Shown: positions 1 through 11,725, numbered from the stretch's first letter. The stretch is 64,000 nt of DNA from Hormiphora californensis (GCA_020137815.1 CM035354.1:5766001-5830000); one strand, 5' to 3'. Program-made: numbers and translations. Notes: a model not told the origin generated them from the sequence alone.

Positions 1-649
1 AGGGGCCAACAAGCAACAGCAGGTATAATTGAAGGAGATCACGTGTTTTGATGACCAAATAAGGGAGCCACGGTGATGACCAAATAAGGACACAACCTGT
101 TCTGTTTTTTGTTATCCCCAGCACATGAATATATCACCGTTCTCCCAATATCAGGAGTTGTACAGGGCGATTCACAGCCGGAGAATGGCTGAGCAACAAG
201 GACAGGAGGACGAGGAGGAAAGGAACGCAAAGTTATCGGTGTTTGATCCAAACGATACAACCATCGATAAACTCAAACAACACATTATCAAGTAAGGACA
301 GATTTGTCTCACAAAAGACTGTCCTATCCGAACCGGGCCGAAGGCTGCACTGTGTAGCGTGCACAAAGAAATAGTCGCCCAAATAGTCATGTAGTATGTA
401 TAATGCCGCCAATTAAAACGATGTTAAATCATTTCAAAGTACTTGATAATTAAAACCCATAAAATTTTCTTTCCAAGATTTTTTTTTCAAAGAAATAATA
501 GCCATAACAGATCAAACATTTGCATTGTCCATCAACACATCATAGCTATGGTCGGGCCACCCTGTCGCTAATGATAAATACAATGTACCTATCATGGGGA
601 TAGGGCGACCGACGTCCGACCTCTGATTTTATATCAAACTTGTCTAAAA

Positions 650-1397
650 CTATTCCGTTATTATCTCCACTCCACACTCCATCAGCTCACCATCATTACA
701 TCGACAAATTTGGTAATTCCCATCTTCAATCACAGGGACATGAGCTCCATTACTGGCCCATCCGTAGTTCCCATCCCAGTTTTTGTAGTAGCACTTGTCG
801 TGACACACTCTCGGTGTACATCTCGCAGCACCACCCTTGCCGCACCTGCACCTATTGCACCCATTGTAGTATCTGTCACCAACAAACGCCCTACCATAAC
901 TACCATCAGGTCCAGCAAACATACAGCAGTCCGTGCCTTTTGTGCACTCGGCATCTGAAATTAAATTAAATGTAGTAATGTGTGGTAAGGCCATTATGGT
1001 ATGCGTATGGCCTAAGGGTCGCAACCTGAGTTAAATTATTCATACTAGATAGCTTTTAAAGTGAGAGAGAACAGCAGGGATTTTCATAAAAAGTTATCTG
1101 GATACTCCTTGATGGCTAACTAAAACTTTAGTGAAAACCTATATATTTGTCCATTGACTCAATTTGACTAATATGGATAAAATGTGACTTACAGCCGGCT
1201 TCACAAGTACACACTTCGCATCCAAAGTCCCAGGTATCACCATCTCCCATACTGAAAGCACTACACGGAATTGGCCCTACAGCATCACGGATGATCTCCA
1301 TCCAGATATCATGCTTTATATCCACCGGAGGTGCAGGCTCAAAACAAGCCAGAGGCACAAAACAAGCCAGTAAGACCACAACTGCAACTCCCTTCAT
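650..1397 (-). CDS. Secreted Cys-rich protein with three pacifastin/VWC-like modules (exons 1397-1193 and 954-650; 169 aa)
   Basis: Signal peptide MKGVAVVVLLACFVPLAC. The GTAAGT donor at 1192 and tttcag acceptor at 955 join in frame (GCEVCTCEAG-YAECTKGTDC). Module 2, GCNRCRCGKGGAARCTPRVC, fits the pacifastin C-N-x-C-x-C-x2-3-G-x3-6-C-T-x3-C pattern. TATAAAA at 1478-1472. Confidence 0.75.
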
Positions 1398-1634
1398 GAT
1401 TTATTACAACGAATTAGAACAACAAACTGTTGGAATTAAACTTTTAAAAAAATAATGGGTTGAAGGACTACTTTTATACCGAGCTGATGCTGAATGCATA
1501 ATTCGATTCGGAGAAAATATCTCAAAAGTAACAAGGGGTTTGTCTTCCGGGTATCCCGGAAATACCCGGATACCCGGAAATATAAAAATATCGATTTATT
1601 TATTTAATATTATGACAAGGACAGAATTGAAACT

Positions 1635-2070
1635 TTTCTCTGTCACCTTATCTGTACTTCTCTGTACACCTTATCTGTATTTCTCTGTCACCCTATCTGT
1701 ATTTCTCTGTACACCCTATCTGCATTTCTCTGTCACCCTATCTGTATTTCTCTGTACACACAATCTGTATTTCTCTGTCACCCTATCTGTATTTCTCTGT
1801 CACCCTATCTGTATTTCTCTGTCACCCTATCTGTATTTCTCTGTCACCCCATCTGTATTTCTCTGTCACCCTATCTGTATTTATCTGTCACCTTATCTGT
1901 ATTTCTCTGTCACCCTATCTGCATTTCTCTGTCACCCTATCTGTATTTCTCTGTACACACAATCTGTATTTCTCTGTCACCCTATCTGTATTTCTCTGTC
2001 ACCCTATCTGTATTTCTCTGTCACCCTATCTGTATTTCTCTGTCACCCTATCTGTATTTCTCTGTCACAC
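1635..2070. repeat. 22-bp minisatellite (ATTTCTCTGTCACCCTATCTGT)n, about 20 copies, running up to the IQGAP acceptor
   Basis: Period 22 read directly (e.g. ccctatctgt at 1781 and 1803). Confidence 0.95.
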
Positions 2071-2082
2071 TCACTCCTTCAG

Positions 2083-4068
2083 GAACCTGCAGATCCTAGA
2101 GACACACAAGATGGTGACTGCTACAGAGGACTACCAGGAGCTCCTGACCAGTATAGCGCGGGATATCTGCAATCAGAGGAAATACCGACAGAGACGGAAA
2201 CAGGATCTGAAGAAGATGGCAGCCACCATGGATAGGATGAACAAGAAAAAGAAGTACTACGGAGAAGCGGTATGTGAAAACTGAAAACTATATCGCAGAG
2301 ATGTTAAATTTTACCACGCTTTACAAGAGAGGGTAAGTCGGGGGATTACGGGGGCCCAGATGTATCGCCCATACCAATCGCCCATACCAATCGCCCGTAC
2401 CTGACGTTTGCGCATTGAAATTGTGTACTTTAGCGCGTAGCACGCGCAAAAAAACTCCGTGCGGCGTGCGCGCCACACACATTTCTGCTCAGAAAAAAAT
2501 CGATCAGAAAAAGTTTTTCAGGGTCGACTTTTCACGTTTTGGCTCATAACTTCTCTTCCTGATAAGATAAAGACTTCAAATCTTCACCATTCGATGGGGC
2601 TTCAAATTTCCTTTCCAACGGTACCCAAACGAACTCTGTAGCTCATCAGGAACCGGAGATATGACCAATTATGATAATAACAAGGGGCACCAAAGCGGTT
2701 TATTGACATAATTGGTCATATCTCCGGTTCCTGATGAGCTACAGAGTTCGTTTAGGTACCGTTGGAAAGGGAATTTCATTCCCCATCGAATGGCGCCGGT
2801 TTGAAGTCTTTATCTCATCAGGAACAGGAATAATGGGCCAAAACGTGAAAAGCCGATATTGAAAATTTTTCACGATTTTCGGCTCATCACGTTTTGGCTC
2901 ATAACTTCTCTTCCTGATAAGATAAAGACTTCAAACCGGCGCCATTCGATGGGCAATGAAATTTCCTTTCCAACGGTACCCAAACGAACTCTGTAGCTCA
3001 TCAGGAACCGGAGATATGACCAATTATGTCAATAAACCGCTTTAGTGCCCCTTGTTATTATCATAATTGGTCATATCTCCGGTTCCTGATGAGCTACAGA
3101 GTTCGTTTGGGTACCGTTGGAAAGGAAATTTGAAGCCCCATCGAATGGTGAAGGCTTTGAAGTCTTTATCTTATCAGGAAGAGAAGTTATGAGCCAAAAC
3201 GTGAAAAGTCGACCCTGAAAAACTTTTTCTGATCGATTTTTTTCTGAGCAGAAATGTGTGTGGCGCGCACGCCGCGCGGAGTTTTTTTGCGCGTGCTACG
3301 CGCTAAAGTACACAATTTCAATGCGCAAACGTCAGGTACGGGCGCTCGGTACGGGCGATTGGTATGGGCGATTCATCCGGGCCCCCGTAATCCGCTGCCT
3401 AAATAATAAAAGCAAGGCAACCCTTTCCTATAATTTGGAGTGTGTCAAGTTGATGGGAGGTTTAGGAATAATGAACATGTTTTCCTACCACCCCGATATA
3501 ACCCTCCTCCTCCCTCCCCAGGTTACCCACTACCAAGAGTACGTGAAGGCGTGTGTTAACAACTTGAGTAAGGGCAAGAAACAGAGACACGGAAACAAGA
3601 AGAAGACAGCAAAATACACAGCCCAGAAGTTATACGATAAGAAGGTGTTGGTCAGTATTGACGATGTACACCAGTCTACATTCCGTGCTGTCACGATAGA
3701 GTTCTCGTCAACCGATGAGGTCGGAGTGTTTGAGGTTTCTGGGAAATTGGGTGGCCTCAATTTGGAAAAGATTAACCTCATCTTCGAGGATCTTCTTCAG
3801 GTAAATGTGTGAAATCTTCCAGAAATGTGTCTATATTTGTTCGGCATCGTACCCTCGTTCCTAAAGGCTTGTAATGACAATGTTCCACAGACACACACAC
3901 ACTCTCTCTCTCTCTTCTCTCTCTATCTCTCTTTCCCCGTTTAACATACTCCAATTCTTTCAGTTGCAATATGAGGGAGTCTCAACTCTGAAAATAGAGG
4001 ACAAGGTGACGGTGAATGTGAATCTACTCATATACCTCCTCAACAAGAAGTTTTACGGCCAGGAGTGA
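2083..4068 (+). CDS. IQGAP: IQGAP-family protein, last three exons (2083-2269, 3522-3800, 3964-4068), RasGAP C-terminal domain; gene begins upstream of the window
   Basis: YQELLTSIARDICNQRKYRQRRK...KYTAQKLYDKKVLVSI...FEDLLQ|LQYEGVSTLKIEDKVTVNVNLLIYLLNKKFYGQE matches the IQGAP C-terminus. Canonical GT-AG junctions are in phase. Confidence 0.93.
2343..3393. mobile_element. Non-autonomous foldback/MITE in an IQGAP intron; double-hairpin structure
   Basis: Termini GGATTACGGGGGCCC...GGGCCCCCGTAATCC. The whole element is an inverted repeat whose arms each contain a further inverted pair of a ~135-bp unit. No TSD recognised. Confidence 0.85.
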
Positions 4069-4721
4069 TCAGAGATAACGGGATATATATCTTGGGACAA
4101 TTAGGGCCCTTTTGTACAAGCGAGATTGAGAATATGTTAGCTGCTTGGTATGATGAGAAGTGGTGTGTTGTGCAGAGAAAAGATGGACATTTGGAGATAA
4201 TATAGATATCGAGTTGCTACAGTTAATTTAACTGCATCCAACATTGGATGTCACACAATGAGAGAACCAATCAATATATATCAATCTGATTAATGGGGTG
4301 AATGGCGGATTTTTGTTAATTAAGTGACCTTTTGTAATTCAAATGACATCCGGGGTCGAGTGTCTGATCTTCACCAAATAATTTGATCATTCAAACAATT
4401 TTAAATCAAATCGTTTATTTTATTTACAAAGGAGGGGGCGATACCAAAAAAGCCAAACTTTCCTAAACACGCAATTGATCTGAGTTGACCTGGCTATATT
4501 TGTATTGCCCCCCATCCCCCCTAACGGTCCAAGTTGAACGGGAACCTGGGGTTCAATGGTAAAGGAAATGTGGATTATCTTCGGCCGCTAAAATTGAAAT
4601 TGGGCCGGGTTGTCGGCCTGGGCTGTCAAAACAGGAGACCGGGTTGTCGGAGACGCCACTGCCAGACAGATCAAATCGGGACTGTTCTCTCTCTCACTGT
4701 CAGGCCATGGTCTGACACTGA

Positions 4722-5015
4722 CTGTCTGGCGGTGCCAGATCCCGATTTGACAATGCGCTCAGATGTGATCCGCGGCGCCAGACAGAACTTTGGCTGCGAA
4801 GCAGCCCCTCCGCAGGGTTTCGCGAAAAATCGCGCGCGAAAAAAGAGGGCTCTCACTTTTATCCTTGTAGTGGTAGCCCTTGAACAACCTACATTCTACA
4901 ACTACCGACTCGGGCCCGTCTATGTTCGGGTCGCTATCATGTTCCCTCTGTCTGGCGCCGCCGACCCCATCTGAGCGCACTGAGAATCAAATTGGGGTCT
5001 GGCACCGCCAGGCAG
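4722..5015. mobile_element. MITE-like inverted-repeat element; related fragments at ~23144-23219 and ~47224-47300
   Basis: CTGTCTGGCGGTGCCAGATCCCGATTTGA-CAATGCGCTCAGATG pairs with CATCTGAGCGCACTG-TCAAATTGGGGTCTGGCACCGCCAGGCAG. TCTGGCGCC / GCGCTCAGAT motifs recur at the other two sites. Confidence 0.6.
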
Positions 5016-5333
5016 TGTTGCCTCGGCCTTGTTCCCTACACGGAGGATAGTGGATACCATTCCAAAACGCCCCATGCCCAGCGGGTGGGGGGTCCCCCAC
5101 CCAATCTACATGCCCTTCGACAACTAACTGGGTACCCAGGGTAGTTACTAGTTGCGTGATCAGTGTACCGAGACCCCCCGGGCGCGCGAACATGAGGGGC
5201 GCGACGTGCCCAACCGGTTGCCCCGAAACGTTGATCAACGAAATTCGGCTATGTGGAACAATTTGGCTCCATTGCAACCTATTCTCGCTCCGCCAGCTAG
5301 TCCGTCTTATTAAAGTTCTTCCGGAGGGACGTT

Positions 5334-5416
5334 AATAATAAGGAGGCGTCCCTTTCCCTTTGGTACCATTGCCAATGCCAGTGGTACCAAAGGGAAAGGG
5401 ACGCCTCCTTATTATT
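5334..5416. repeat. Perfect hairpin, 35-bp arms and 13-nt loop
   Basis: AATAATAAGGAGGCGTCCCTTTCCCTTTGGTACCA and its exact reverse complement. Confidence 0.9.
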
Positions 5417-6716
5417 GCCACACTGCGGGGTCACTGGATATGTGCCCCCTATGATAGTTAATAGTACTAGTAAACCCGTTCGCCCTACGGGCGAATTTCG
5501 GGGAAATGGTAGCTGGGTTAGGGAGCACTGACATCACCAGTCGAACTGTTGACATGCACCATCCCATCTTAAGTTACTGTACCGTAAAAGGAGCTCAGGC
5601 GGGATCGCTGCGAATTTCAGAACGTCAGATGATGATGATCGGGCGATCAAAGTGATAAAAGAACTTACTATTTTGCAGACTCCTCGCGTTTCGTCTGTTT
5701 GCAGTATTCATCTGAGATTGATCATCGGTTCTGTCTAACCTCCAACGTCTTTTTTGTTGTCTCTGCACTTCTCTTGGTGTTGCTGTATTTAAATCCCTCA
5801 GTGTATGGAAAAGTAGAGAAAAGTAGTGAGATCTCCAACTTTCGCTTTCGTATATCAACGGTTGTTGAAGAGAGCATAATAGCTGGAACAGTGACACAAT
5901 ACAAAGCAAGAACAGCTGCACGTGCAGCTGCAGTACGTAGTAACAATCCTTGGTAACGACTCACACCCCTGGCCCCACTCCAGCTATAGTACTCCACCTC
6001 TGAACCTGCACGTGCAAAATGCCATATTTGGTAAAAATATCATCACCCATCATTTCCCTATTTGCTTTAATAATAGTATGATGTCATAGATTCAGGGTTT
6101 TAGTTATCACTTGAAGTGATGTGATATATATATAAAACCCCTGGTTGTATTTATGTGAATGGGCAAATCACCATGGCTCATATTAAGGTAGGGGATAGCA
6201 CGCCCCATAGTTGTAACAGTATGTTCGGACATGCTCCGAGTTTGGTAATTCGGTTAAGGACCACCGATAACGGTTTTTGCAGAGGAGCTCCACAAGCCGA
6301 TGTGGTTTATTTCACTTTATTAAGAGTTCCAGATTTCGGAGATAATGAGACTGTTCTGGCCTGCAAATAACCTATATCAAGAAGAAGAATTGGAGAGATT
6401 ATACGGAGCAAGTTTCCTTCACCGCACACCTGCAGCTGATAGTGATAAGCAGAGACAGCCTCTACGAAGAAGAAGAAGAAGATAGTGATAAGCCGATAAG
6501 GGACCACGACGCCAAGTTGACGGAGTTGCAAGCCCCTGCTCACGTTTTGATAACGCCAGTCTGCGACGTATAAATTGTCAATATGATGTTGGGAAGGTGG
6601 ACGAATGGAAACACGGTAGATAACGGGTGGTTAACAAAATAGACGGATCAGGTAGTACAACGTTAAGGTAGTTCGATATTGGGAATCTGACAAAGTGCTT
6701 GTCAGCTTAAAACTAA

Positions 6717-6941
6717 CAGTGGTCATCCAACATAATTGCCATACCTCGACGTGAAATTCGACGAGAATCTCGACCTGGAATGAGGCGCGCATTCGTAGTG
6801 AGAGAGACACAAAGACTAGCGAGAGAAAAGAGTTGAAGCGCGACATCATTTTCTTACTGCGGCACATCTCTCTGATGCGCGGCTCATTCCAGGTCGAGAT
6901 CTAGGTCGAATTTCAGGTCGGAACATGTCGGAGGACCACTG
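6717..6941. mobile_element. PIF/Harbinger-type (Tourist-like) MITE inserted in the 3' LTR
   Basis: CAGTGGTC...GACCACTG termini with TAA TSD (6714-6716, 6942-6944). The other LTR shows the empty site AACTAACTCATC. Confidence 0.9.
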
Positions 6942-7405
6942 TAACTCATCTTCACAAAAAGCACGTGCGCGCACTTGAAAGGTGCATTTCAAGTGCGTGC
7001 ACAAAAGTGTCACATACTAATGATCAGTTCGCGCGTTACGTCCGGTAGGCGGTAACAACTGCGACAGTGTGTCCCACAGAACAATACACTCAATCTCATG
7101 ACACACAGCTCATGACACTCCCCTCTATTTCTTTCTCAAAAGGACTTACCGAACTCGAGACCGATGAGGCAATGAACGCCGAGAGGGTTCCAAACCGTGT
7201 CAAGGCTAAAACTGTCATTTGTCAATGTCGTAACAATACAAGTGAAAGTTAACTGGGAAAAACTAACAATGTGGAAATACTGAGATACGAAAAGGTACAT
7301 GTTGTCTATGTCTGGAAGAAAAATAGAAAACAAAGTCAGTTGTCCGATAAAATATTTAAACTGGAGAAATAAAGTTTAAAAAATACAAGTAGGTTGGAAA
7401 ACACA

Positions 7406-10400
7406 CTAGATCATCCTCTCGATCACTCTGGGACTCACTCCTCGCTTTGTGAGTACATCAGCGGGGTTAGACTTCGACTCCACCCAGTTGATGGATGCTT
7501 CTCCCTTTTCGACCTTCTCCTGAACTTCACGTAGCTCCAAGATGCTTCCCTTATCAGTTGGTACGGCTGAGACGGAGTTTGCCAAACTCACAACTTGTGC
7601 GGAGTCTGTATAAAGTCTGATGGGAGGGTCAAAAGATAGTTCCTGGAGGAGGGCTTTAATCATAACTCCATATCCCAATCCTTCAGATACAGCATACAAT
7701 TCTGCGGCAAAGACGCTCTTCACTACACGTTTTACCTTGCCACACGAGTAGGCGATCAAATTGAAATCAGAGCTGTCTCCCCAGAAAACTACAACTCCTG
7801 CTCCGCTCTTTCTGTCAGCTAGGTTGCCGAGACTGGCATCAGTGTAAACAATTATCTCAGCTGTGGTAGGGTTAAAAGGGGAAAAGGTTATCGTTGAAGG
7901 AGAAAGGTTGGTCACAATCTTCTTCAGTTCTTTGAACTCTTTGCCGGTCCAGGGTGATTTCGTCGTAATGTCAAGGAGACTGAAACTGATCTGTGGCATA
8001 CTTTGGGTAGCCAGCCAGTTTAATTTTCCAATCACCGTTCTCATATAGGATTGAAGATTCTCATCAACCTCTTCTTGATTCTGTGGTACCGGTTTAACAG
8101 CTTTCATCTTGTCCAGGATATCCTCTCTGACAAACTTACAATACTGTTCCTGGGTTACACAAATATCAATTCCTTGCTGTTTCAACTGCCATCCCAGGTA
8201 GTTGAATTCAGTTGTTTCAACTCTTCCTATCTTGTAGTTGTCAAGAGCGGGTTTAACTTTCTTGTAGAAGTTGTGATCACCAGTGATAAGAATATCATCC
8301 ACATGAATTACTAGTAATCCTTGTAGTTTCCCGTCATCTCCAGTGGTGAAAAATACATTCTTGTCAATTCTTGACATCTGGAGAGTGTTTTTCAACGTTG
8401 CGGTGAGTGACATGTACCATCTTCTTCCCGCGTCACCAAGACCGTACAGTGGTTTATTTAGTTTCCACAGTACATCCTTCCTCTTGAGGTAAGCTGGGGG
8501 TTTGATGAACACATCTCTTGTCATCTTATCTGACTGCAGGTAGGCACTGGTTACATCAACACTTTTCAGGGTCCAGTTACTGGTAGTTGCCAAACTTAGC
8601 AAAATCCTCACTGCGTGTTTAGTAACAGTCGGTGAGTTAGTCGGGTCCTCGAGTTTTTCCTCAAATCCTCGGGCCACCAGCCTGGCTTTCACTGTGCCAT
8701 CATCTTTCCGTGTCATCACCCATCTGGTGGTGACTGGTTGTTGTCCTGTATCGGGTACTTCCTCGAAAACATTGAATTCACGGAGTTTGTCAATCTCCCT
8801 ATTTCGTGCTGTCTGCACTTCTTCCTTGCCCAGTTTAGATGCGGCAAGAAGAATGATCTCCTCAGCATCAGAATCGGGATCTGAGTCCTCTGTGTCTTGA
8901 TCTGGGGTCTTTGCTGCGTCCTCTGCGGGCTCTGCAACATCCTCTTTTGGCGTTGACGTGTCCTCATTGGAGTCAGTCTTTTCCTCATTGGGTCTGGCGC
9001 TGTCCTCTGTGGGATCTGGCTCTATGTCTCTCTGACCAGGTGTATCCTCAGTATCCGGGCTGGTTTCACTTTCAGGAACTCTCACAACAACAGGTCCACT
9101 TGTTGTGGCCTCATCCTCCTGCTGGTCCTCGGTTGGGACGGCTATCTCTGCATAAGTAGGTTCTCTGGGAACTTCTTCAATGTTACTCTCACTGTGTCCA
9201 TCTTGTGGAGTGTCCTCTTCGGGATCTGTTTCACTAGGGATGAGTAATTCATCTGCAGGATGCTCTGGTGGGGGGGTTTGTCGTCGGTTGTGCCGGAGAT
9301 TGTATTTTCTGGTCGGTTCACGGACTGTCTTCTTTGGACGTCTGACTCTGCTAGCCTTCGGTGGCTGCAATTTAAATTTCTCTATCGGTTCCGGGACATC
9401 TTCATCAGTCGTCACTTCCGGTGCAGTCTGCATCTCGGGGACGTGTCTCTTGGAACTTGATTCCTCGTTTTGTTTGTACTCCTCTTTCCGTTGTTGTTCC
9501 TCTGGGGGTTCTTGTCTTTGTTGTACCAGTCTCACTTTGCATGGGTGTGCTCTTAGTAGTTGCCCGCCGTGTTTAATCAGTACTTGGTTCTCAGTCATTC
9601 CAACTACAGTTGCAGGTCCCAACCAGGTCTTGTGTTGCTCACGTTTATAATACACCTTATCTCCCTGGACGTAGGTGGTCTGATCCTGTGTTGGTCCTGA
9701 GCTTGCTAGAGCTCTCTTTAATCTGCTTGCATTCTCGAGTTGGATGAATTTCTCCCTGGCGGTCTTCATGGCTTTGATATTGTCTGAAATCACTTGGTCC
9801 TCACTCTTCTGGTCTCCATGGGCAGGTAAACAATCATCATTCAGTACACTGGGGAATGTAGGATTGCTCCCAAACACGAGTTGGTGTGGTGAGAATCCCA
9901 TCTGGTTAGTCAACTGGTTCTTCGCATTCGAAGCCCAAGCACAAGCTACAGTTATACTGCACTTCGTGTCATCTTTGGTCTTCTCAACCATCTTTCCAAG
10001 AATACTGTTATGTCTCTCACAGATCCCATTGCACCAAGGACTTTCTGCTGGAGTAGACTTTAATTCGATTCCAAGTCTGCTCGCCATCTCAAGTAGGGTA
10101 TCATTGATGAACTCGCCACCGTTGTCGCTGAGAATTCTCTGTGGACGTCCAAAAATGCTAATCCAGCTGGTGAAGAACTTCTGGGTGATCTCAGTTCCAG
10201 TTTTTGATTTCACGGGGACCATTACACTGTATCTGGTCAGTGTGTCAATGATGTGAAGTACCCAGCATGATTCTCCAGACTTGAACTTCAGCATCTTGAG
10301 ATCCATAGCGAGACATTCGTTGAATGTTTTACTGAGAGGTAGAGCTACTTTCCTCCGTGGTTTGGATGCACTGTGTTCGAGACAGTTTTCACATTCTTGT

Positions 10401-11725
10401 GTGACCCTGGTGAGTTCTTGACAAATCTCAGACTTTCGAGGGTGATCCGAGGATTTAACAATATCCTGGATCTTGGAGACTGAACCATGAGCAAAGTATT
10501 TGTGGAGTTTCTTGGCAATTGCTGGAGGAGAGATCCCTGAACAAGAATTTGTTAACAAAGTAGTGGGTGAAAGCTTCTTATTAAGGTCAATTGTCACATG
10601 TCCAGTGTCAGTAAGATGTAATGTAGTTGTCTTACCCGAGACACGGAGTTGATCCCTCTCAAAGTCAATCACTGCACCCATCTGACTCAATAAGTGCCTG
10701 AATAGGAGAAGGGGAATGTTAATATCAAGAACATATACCGCAAACTCAGTAAACTTCACACCAAAAATATCAGTTGGGATATAAGCAATCATAGTAGAGT
10801 TAACTCCTGATAAATCACCAAATGTAAATCTTCTCTGTTCACATGATTCTCTTCTCACTCGAATACACGACTCTTTCTCAAAATTCTTCAACCAATCACT
10901 GCCACACACACTTTTAGCGGCGCCAGTATCCAGCAACGCACGAAGTCCCACTTGCTCAGATAATGACAAGACATAGTCCGTTTCAACGCTCATCTTGTAC
11001 ACTCCTGTGGCATCGCCACTCTGACCTCGTCGACCCCCAGATCCACGCTGACCACGTCCTCCACCACGTTTACCCCGTACGGCACCACGCCGATTGTAAC
11101 ACTCAGAGGCAATGTGACCAGTCTTCTTACAATTGTAACAGACAACTAGAGTCAATGTTTCAGAGGTTTGATCGGTTTCAGCAGCTGAGGGTAGGGTCTC
11201 CCCATACGCCCTCTTCATCTGTGTGATCATGCATTCCAGACTGATTTCAACACAGGTAGCTCTGAGGAGTCGTTTCTGTTCATCGGAGATGTTAGATTGT
11301 TCCAAAAGTCTGTAGGCTAACACTTGTGATCCATAGAGTTTGTGATGGTCATCGACTCCAGCCTGCTGTCGGAGCTCCCCAAGTCGGGTGGAAAACTCTG
11401 ATATAAAATCTGACATGTTCTGATTAGCTGGTCTGATAAAGTTCTCAAAAGCTTCAATGGCTGAAAAGAGTGAAACAGTTTTGTCTCTGCCGAACACTTT
11501 CTCGATGGCATCGAGGAGGATTTTAACACCGTTCTCGGACTTGAGCTGCTCGGTGGGTACGCCTAGCGCAACCTCCTTTGCTCGTCCCTTCATTTGGAGA
11601 GCTAACCGGGCCGCCTGTTTCTCTTTGGGGCAGCCAGTACCTAACAGCCAGATGTCGACCTCACGGCGATAAGTCTCAAAGTTCGTTTGGTTATCAAAGA
11701 CCGGGGCATGAATGTCGGATGGCAT
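7406..11725 (-). CDS. Copia Gag-Pol polyprotein (Gag, CCHC knuckle, protease, integrase, RT, RNase H), intact 1439 aa
   Basis: CYNCKKTGHIASEC; LLDTGA; HxxxxH...CxxC with SDNGGEF and GICER integrase core; KARLVARGF, LYGL, HVDD; YTDAS...AAE...YTDS...NPADVLTK. Integrase precedes RT, the Copia order. Confidence 0.96.
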   Translation of the reverse strand: MPSDIHAPVFDNQTNFETYRREVDIWLLGTGCPKEKQAARLALQMKGRAKEVALGVPTEQLKSENGVKILLDAIEKVFGRDKTVSLFSAIEAFENFIRPANQNMSDFISEFSTRLGELRQQAGVDDHHKLYGSQVLAYRLLEQSNISDEQKRLLRATCVEISLECMITQMKRAYGETLPSAAETDQTSETLTLVVCYNCKKTGHIASECYNRRGAVRGKRGGGRGQRGSGGRRGQSGDATGVYKMSVETDYVLSLSEQVGLRALLDTGAAKSVCGSDWLKNFEKESCIRVRRESCEQRRFTFGDLSGVNSTMIAYIPTDIFGVKFTEFAVYVLDINIPLLLFRHLLSQMGAVIDFERDQLRVSGKTTTLHLTDTGHVTIDLNKKLSPTTLLTNSCSGISPPAIAKKLHKYFAHGSVSKIQDIVKSSDHPRKSEICQELTRVTQECENCLEHSASKPRRKVALPLSKTFNECLAMDLKMLKFKSGESCWVLHIIDTLTRYSVMVPVKSKTGTEITQKFFTSWISIFGRPQRILSDNGGEFINDTLLEMASRLGIELKSTPAESPWCNGICERHNSILGKMVEKTKDDTKCSITVACAWASNAKNQLTNQMGFSPHQLVFGSNPTFPSVLNDDCLPAHGDQKSEDQVISDNIKAMKTAREKFIQLENASRLKRALASSGPTQDQTTYVQGDKVYYKREQHKTWLGPATVVGMTENQVLIKHGGQLLRAHPCKVRLVQQRQEPPEEQQRKEEYKQNEESSSKRHVPEMQTAPEVTTDEDVPEPIEKFKLQPPKASRVRRPKKTVREPTRKYNLRHNRRQTPPPEHPADELLIPSETDPEEDTPQDGHSESNIEEVPREPTYAEIAVPTEDQQEDEATTSGPVVVRVPESETSPDTEDTPGQRDIEPDPTEDSARPNEEKTDSNEDTSTPKEDVAEPAEDAAKTPDQDTEDSDPDSDAEEIILLAASKLGKEEVQTARNREIDKLREFNVFEEVPDTGQQPVTTRWVMTRKDDGTVKARLVARGFEEKLEDPTNSPTVTKHAVRILLSLATTSNWTLKSVDVTSAYLQSDKMTRDVFIKPPAYLKRKDVLWKLNKPLYGLGDAGRRWYMSLTATLKNTLQMSRIDKNVFFTTGDDGKLQGLLVIHVDDILITGDHNFYKKVKPALDNYKIGRVETTEFNYLGWQLKQQGIDICVTQEQYCKFVREDILDKMKAVKPVPQNQEEVDENLQSYMRTVIGKLNWLATQSMPQISFSLLDITTKSPWTGKEFKELKKIVTNLSPSTITFSPFNPTTAEIIVYTDASLGNLADRKSGAGVVVFWGDSSDFNLIAYSCGKVKRVVKSVFAAELYAVSEGLGYGVMIKALLQELSFDPPIRLYTDSAQVVSLANSVSAVPTDKGSILELREVQEKVEKGEASINWVESKSNPADVLTKRGVSPRVIERMI

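Noticed and set aside
185-394. MAEQQGQED...C-x4-C-x9-C-x2-H reading frame
   Set aside because: Internal stop and no recognisable family.
1635-2070. CRISPR-like regular repeats (also 24780-25830)
   Set aside because: No unique spacers, no cas genes, eukaryotic context.
1540-2235. 231-aa ORF
   Set aside because: Reads through the 22-bp minisatellite and the IQGAP exon in the wrong frame.
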